Of a DNA stretch of 64,000 bases, positions 61,009 to 64,000 are shown piece by piece (position 1 is the first letter of the stretch; every line of letters starts with the position of its first letter). The stretch lies in assembly GCA_043228905.1 (NCBI GenBank), contig JBHGNT010000004.1:3658001-3722000 (forward strand), given 5' to 3'. The position numbers and the translations under genes are program-made. The stretch is from Azolla caroliniana (taxonomy: Eukaryota; Plantae; Polypodiophyta). Under the pieces are notes generated by a model, which saw nothing but the letters and a program-made list of their open reading frames with translations, was not told the DNA's origin and ran no database searches.

Positions 61009-61770
61009 TGACAGGAACTAAACGCTCCGATGAGCACTGCTCAGCCACAACCGAGCTAGGAATCAAACACAGAAAACGGGGAATGAATACACACGACACA
61101 AAGGAGAGAAGAGTACACAGGATGTTTAACGTGGAAAACCTTGAGAGGGAAAAAAAACCACGACAGTCCACTAACTGCTAACTATCACTATATCACAATG
61201 ATTACAACAGTGAGCTCACGGAGGCAACGACCTCGTGCTCACGATCTTCGCCACAAGCGGCGGTTACAATAGAGGCAACGACCTCTTCCGCTCTCTCTCT
61301 CTCTCTCTCTATACACTGTTACGCGCTCTCTAGTCTTGCACCAACAAGAATGACAACTCTAACAAAAGAGTTTGCCCTAAGTCATATTTATACTAATATG
61401 ACTTTTCGGCTATTTACAAATATAGCCCTGATGGACTCTCAGATACATATTTACAAATATGTCCCTTCATCCGCTGAGCACTTCTCACCGGGCCTGCATC
61501 ATTCGGCTCTTGCCGAGCACTTGTCATCCGGTTCTCACCGGGCCTTCACCATCCGGCTCTTGCCGGGTACTGCTCATCCGGTTCTCACCGGGTCTTCACC
61601 ATCCGGCTCTTGCCGAGTACTGCTCATCCGGTTCTCACCGGGTCTTCACCATCCGGCTCTTGTCGGGTACTTCTCATCCAGTTCTCACCGGGTGTCTTCA
61701 CCATCCGGCTCTTTCCGGGTACTTCTCATCCGGTTCTCACTTCCCATCCGGAGGGACCCGTTTCCTAACA
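61009..61770 (-). mobile_element. Solo LTR (762 bp, Copia-like motif) inserted in the 3' LTR of element B
   Basis: TG...CA termini and perfect 5-bp TSD TCCTA (61004-61008 and 61771-61775). The minus-strand GTGGTTTTTTTTCCC...GGTTTTCCACGTTAAA motif is common in Copia LTRs. Contains a ~54-bp tandem repeat at 61480-61740. Confidence 0.88.
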
Positions 61771-64000
61771 TCCTAAGTGTTCTAAATATAGATTTAATAT
61801 GTATAAGACCTTTATTTACGCCTACCTTTATTAAAAGGTAAGTCATGCATTTTTAGAATGCGTGAATACTTTATTTATAAGAAAAATGTACACCAATAAA
61901 AATTTACTCGTGCACATCTAACGAGCATGAGCACTATATTTAGGAAATAAAAGCATAGTGTAAAAGGCAACTCATACACATTTTAAGTGTGCATGAACAC
62001 TTTAGAAAAAGCATGAAGCTATGCTTAGCCTCTGCCATCCTTATATAAGGAGGAGAGAGATATATATGGGGTTGTTGATTATTTTACAAGGATTGGTCAA
62101 TCTAATATATTCGTGGGATTCACGAGTTTATCATCAAAATTCTCTTTCTTACAATCTAAATATTGATTAAATACACTAAACACGTGGGATTCACAAGTTT
62201 TATTTCTTACTTCTCTTTCTACCTATTCATAACTAGCCTTATATTGTATTCTTCTTTCTCCTAGTCCAAAACCTCAATGGTTCCCACCCGACTCATGCAA
62301 CGATCTGGAGCCGAAAGGCACGACAGCACGTTCGAGTCCTTCAAACAATTAACTACCAGATTCATACAATTGTTTCATCGACAGATCTCGCAAAGAGATC
62401 AGATTGGTCAGTTCTATGCAACATATCAGGAACAACATGAAACAATGTCAAAATTTGTGATTTGTTTTCAAAATTTACAACTTCAAATCTCGAAGACAAT
62501 TCTAGATGAAGAATTAAAGGATATATTCCTCGAAGCAATTTGGGAACCTCTTTGAACAACTCTAGCAGCGTTCGATTTTCGAAATCAATCAATCGATCAG
62601 GTGATTGATAAGGCATTAGTTATGAATCAGACACACAAAAATAAGAATAGTATGAATATGTCCGCACTACATAATAAATTACCAACATTGGAAGGGCTCC
62701 GATTTCGGCAAGCGGTTCAGTGTACGACTTGCCTGAACACTGGACATTCGACAATGGAATCCAGTCTACGTACCCACTGTACGATATGTCATTCTAAAGC
62801 TTATTCTGTCGAGCAATGTGAATATAATTTGCTTAACAAAAAACCAGCCTCAGTTCGACAAATTTATCTTGAAAATTCTTATAAGGAGAACAGGAATAAA
62901 TCAACTAATCGATCACAAGAGGATGATTGTTATGAGGATAAATATCACTCGGATCAGCAGGATTGTGATGACAATTGAAGAAATGATAAAGATCCTAGAC
63001 GAGATGAGTATCAGCGTAACGACTCTTATGATTCATGACGGGATGAAGATCGGTAGAGCTATCATCGCCGTGATGGTTGGAATAATGACCATGATTATTC
63101 ACCTCAAAGAGATCATGGTAACTGACAACAATATGGAGGAGGTCATTATCACGAAGACAAAAAGACTAATAATTTTCAGCGGGCAGATGATAATCATCAA
63201 GGAAATCGATGGTTCAATGATAACAAGAAGCCCAAGGGGTCTTGGCAATTTCAACATGAGACTCGGGAGAGAAAAATTCCGATTTGCAGGATGTTCGGCG
63301 TCCTCAATATGAAACTAGTGAATCAAGTGGTTCATCGGTACCGAATTGTTACACATGCAGGAAAGATGGTCATTATGCAAATCAATATCCGACAAGGGAA
63401 AAAGGGAAGGCGCCAACCGTCAATATGGTTGTGCCCGAAATTCAACAAGTGACCACTCGAAGCAAAGGAAAACAATCGGAGTGGGAAGTGCAAGAAGCTG
63501 TTTGAAAAGCCGCTAAGGAATGGGTGGAAGAAGCTAATAAAAATAAGGTCGCCTATATGATGCAGATAATAAGATATCAAATAAGGGGCAACCTACTCCT
63601 CAGTCCGAACAGTTACCGATCCATGAGCAGGAGGAACCCTGAAGATTTTGGCGGATTGCCAAGTCTCATTACCTTTGGTAGGATTACGAAAGTTAGTACC
63701 CTGTTTTACAAAAAAGGTGGCAACTCTTATTGCACAAAAAGATGCAGAGCAAGTATCGGTCAATTATAGTCATCCAAGCAATGGTTCGACAGTCATGGAT
63801 GACCAAAGTGCTTCAATAAAGGTGATAATTCGGGGTCAAGAAGTAGTCGGGACTATTGTCAACGGTGGGTCAGGGGTCAATGTCATCAACAAGACCACCT
63901 ATGATAAGCTTGGAATTACCAAGTGGGATGCATATGGTTAAGGATGGCCGATACAAGCACAATTAGGCCACTCACGCTAATTCGACAATTGGATGTCATT

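Larger units (their letters stand above)
51576..62325 (+). mobile_element. Nested Ty3/gypsy element B: 5' LTR 51576-52444, gag 52483-53042, RT-RH-INT 58112-60700, PPT, 3' LTR 60713-62325 (interrupted)
   Basis: Paired LTRs TGTCGTAG...GCACGACA with near-identical 3' halves. PBS-like TGGTGAGCC and PPT GGAGGGGGCGAG. RT LPQGATNS/FLDD, RH VTVDTS...QVKRELWG, INT VLAREDLTNQVEGRA. Target-site duplication (TSD) GCGC/GCAC. Confidence 0.92.
50605..64000 (+). mobile_element. Outer Ty3/gypsy element A: 5' LTR ~50605-50982, gag split by a nested insertion (51329-51575 joined to 62330 onward), zinc knuckles, protease; runs off the window
   Basis: TGTTAG start, CTATAAAA box at ~50807, PBS remnant TGGTATCG (50983, tRNA-Met-like). 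The gag frame ANWFAxNGIS|TFESFKQLTTRF rejoins across the insertion. Knuckle-like CTTCLNTGH, CTICHSKA and CYTCRKDGHYANQ. Protease-like IVNGGSGVNVI at ~63856. Confidence 0.8.

Noticed and set aside
61350-61841. 163-aa and 105-aa repeat ORFs (also 56062-56478)
   Set aside because: Read-through of the CCGG-rich LTR tandem module.

Overview
AT-rich, intron-containing eukaryotic DNA from a land plant. A non-seed plant such as a fern is likely, inferred from a TMEM144-like gene, a Tcn1-like chromovirus and a fungal-like Ty3/gypsy pol. Five intact spliced genes can be built by hand: a mitochondrial m-AAA FtsH3/10-type protease (3674-8203 +), an At3g17950-family GWPLGL protein (9573-10969 -), a TMEM144-like transporter (19660-24641 -) whose intron 1 holds 6 x 433-bp near-identical tandem copies, a group-D TDY MAP kinase (32472-37482 +) and a subgroup-9/MIXTA-type R2R3-MYB (42535-45353 +). 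There are two nests of decayed LTR retrotransposons (25395-32346 and 50605-64000), a LINE relic, several minisatellites and a 100-N gap. Most notable: three dissimilar LTR families each carry an antisense tRNA-like Pol III A-box/B-box cassette upstream of their TATA box. Three insertions have 4-bp CpG-containing target-site duplications, a Copia-like solo LTR shares a repeat module with the Gypsy LTR it sits in, and a tandem of convergent tRNA-like dimers lies upstream of FtsH. Everything was read by eye and no database search was run.
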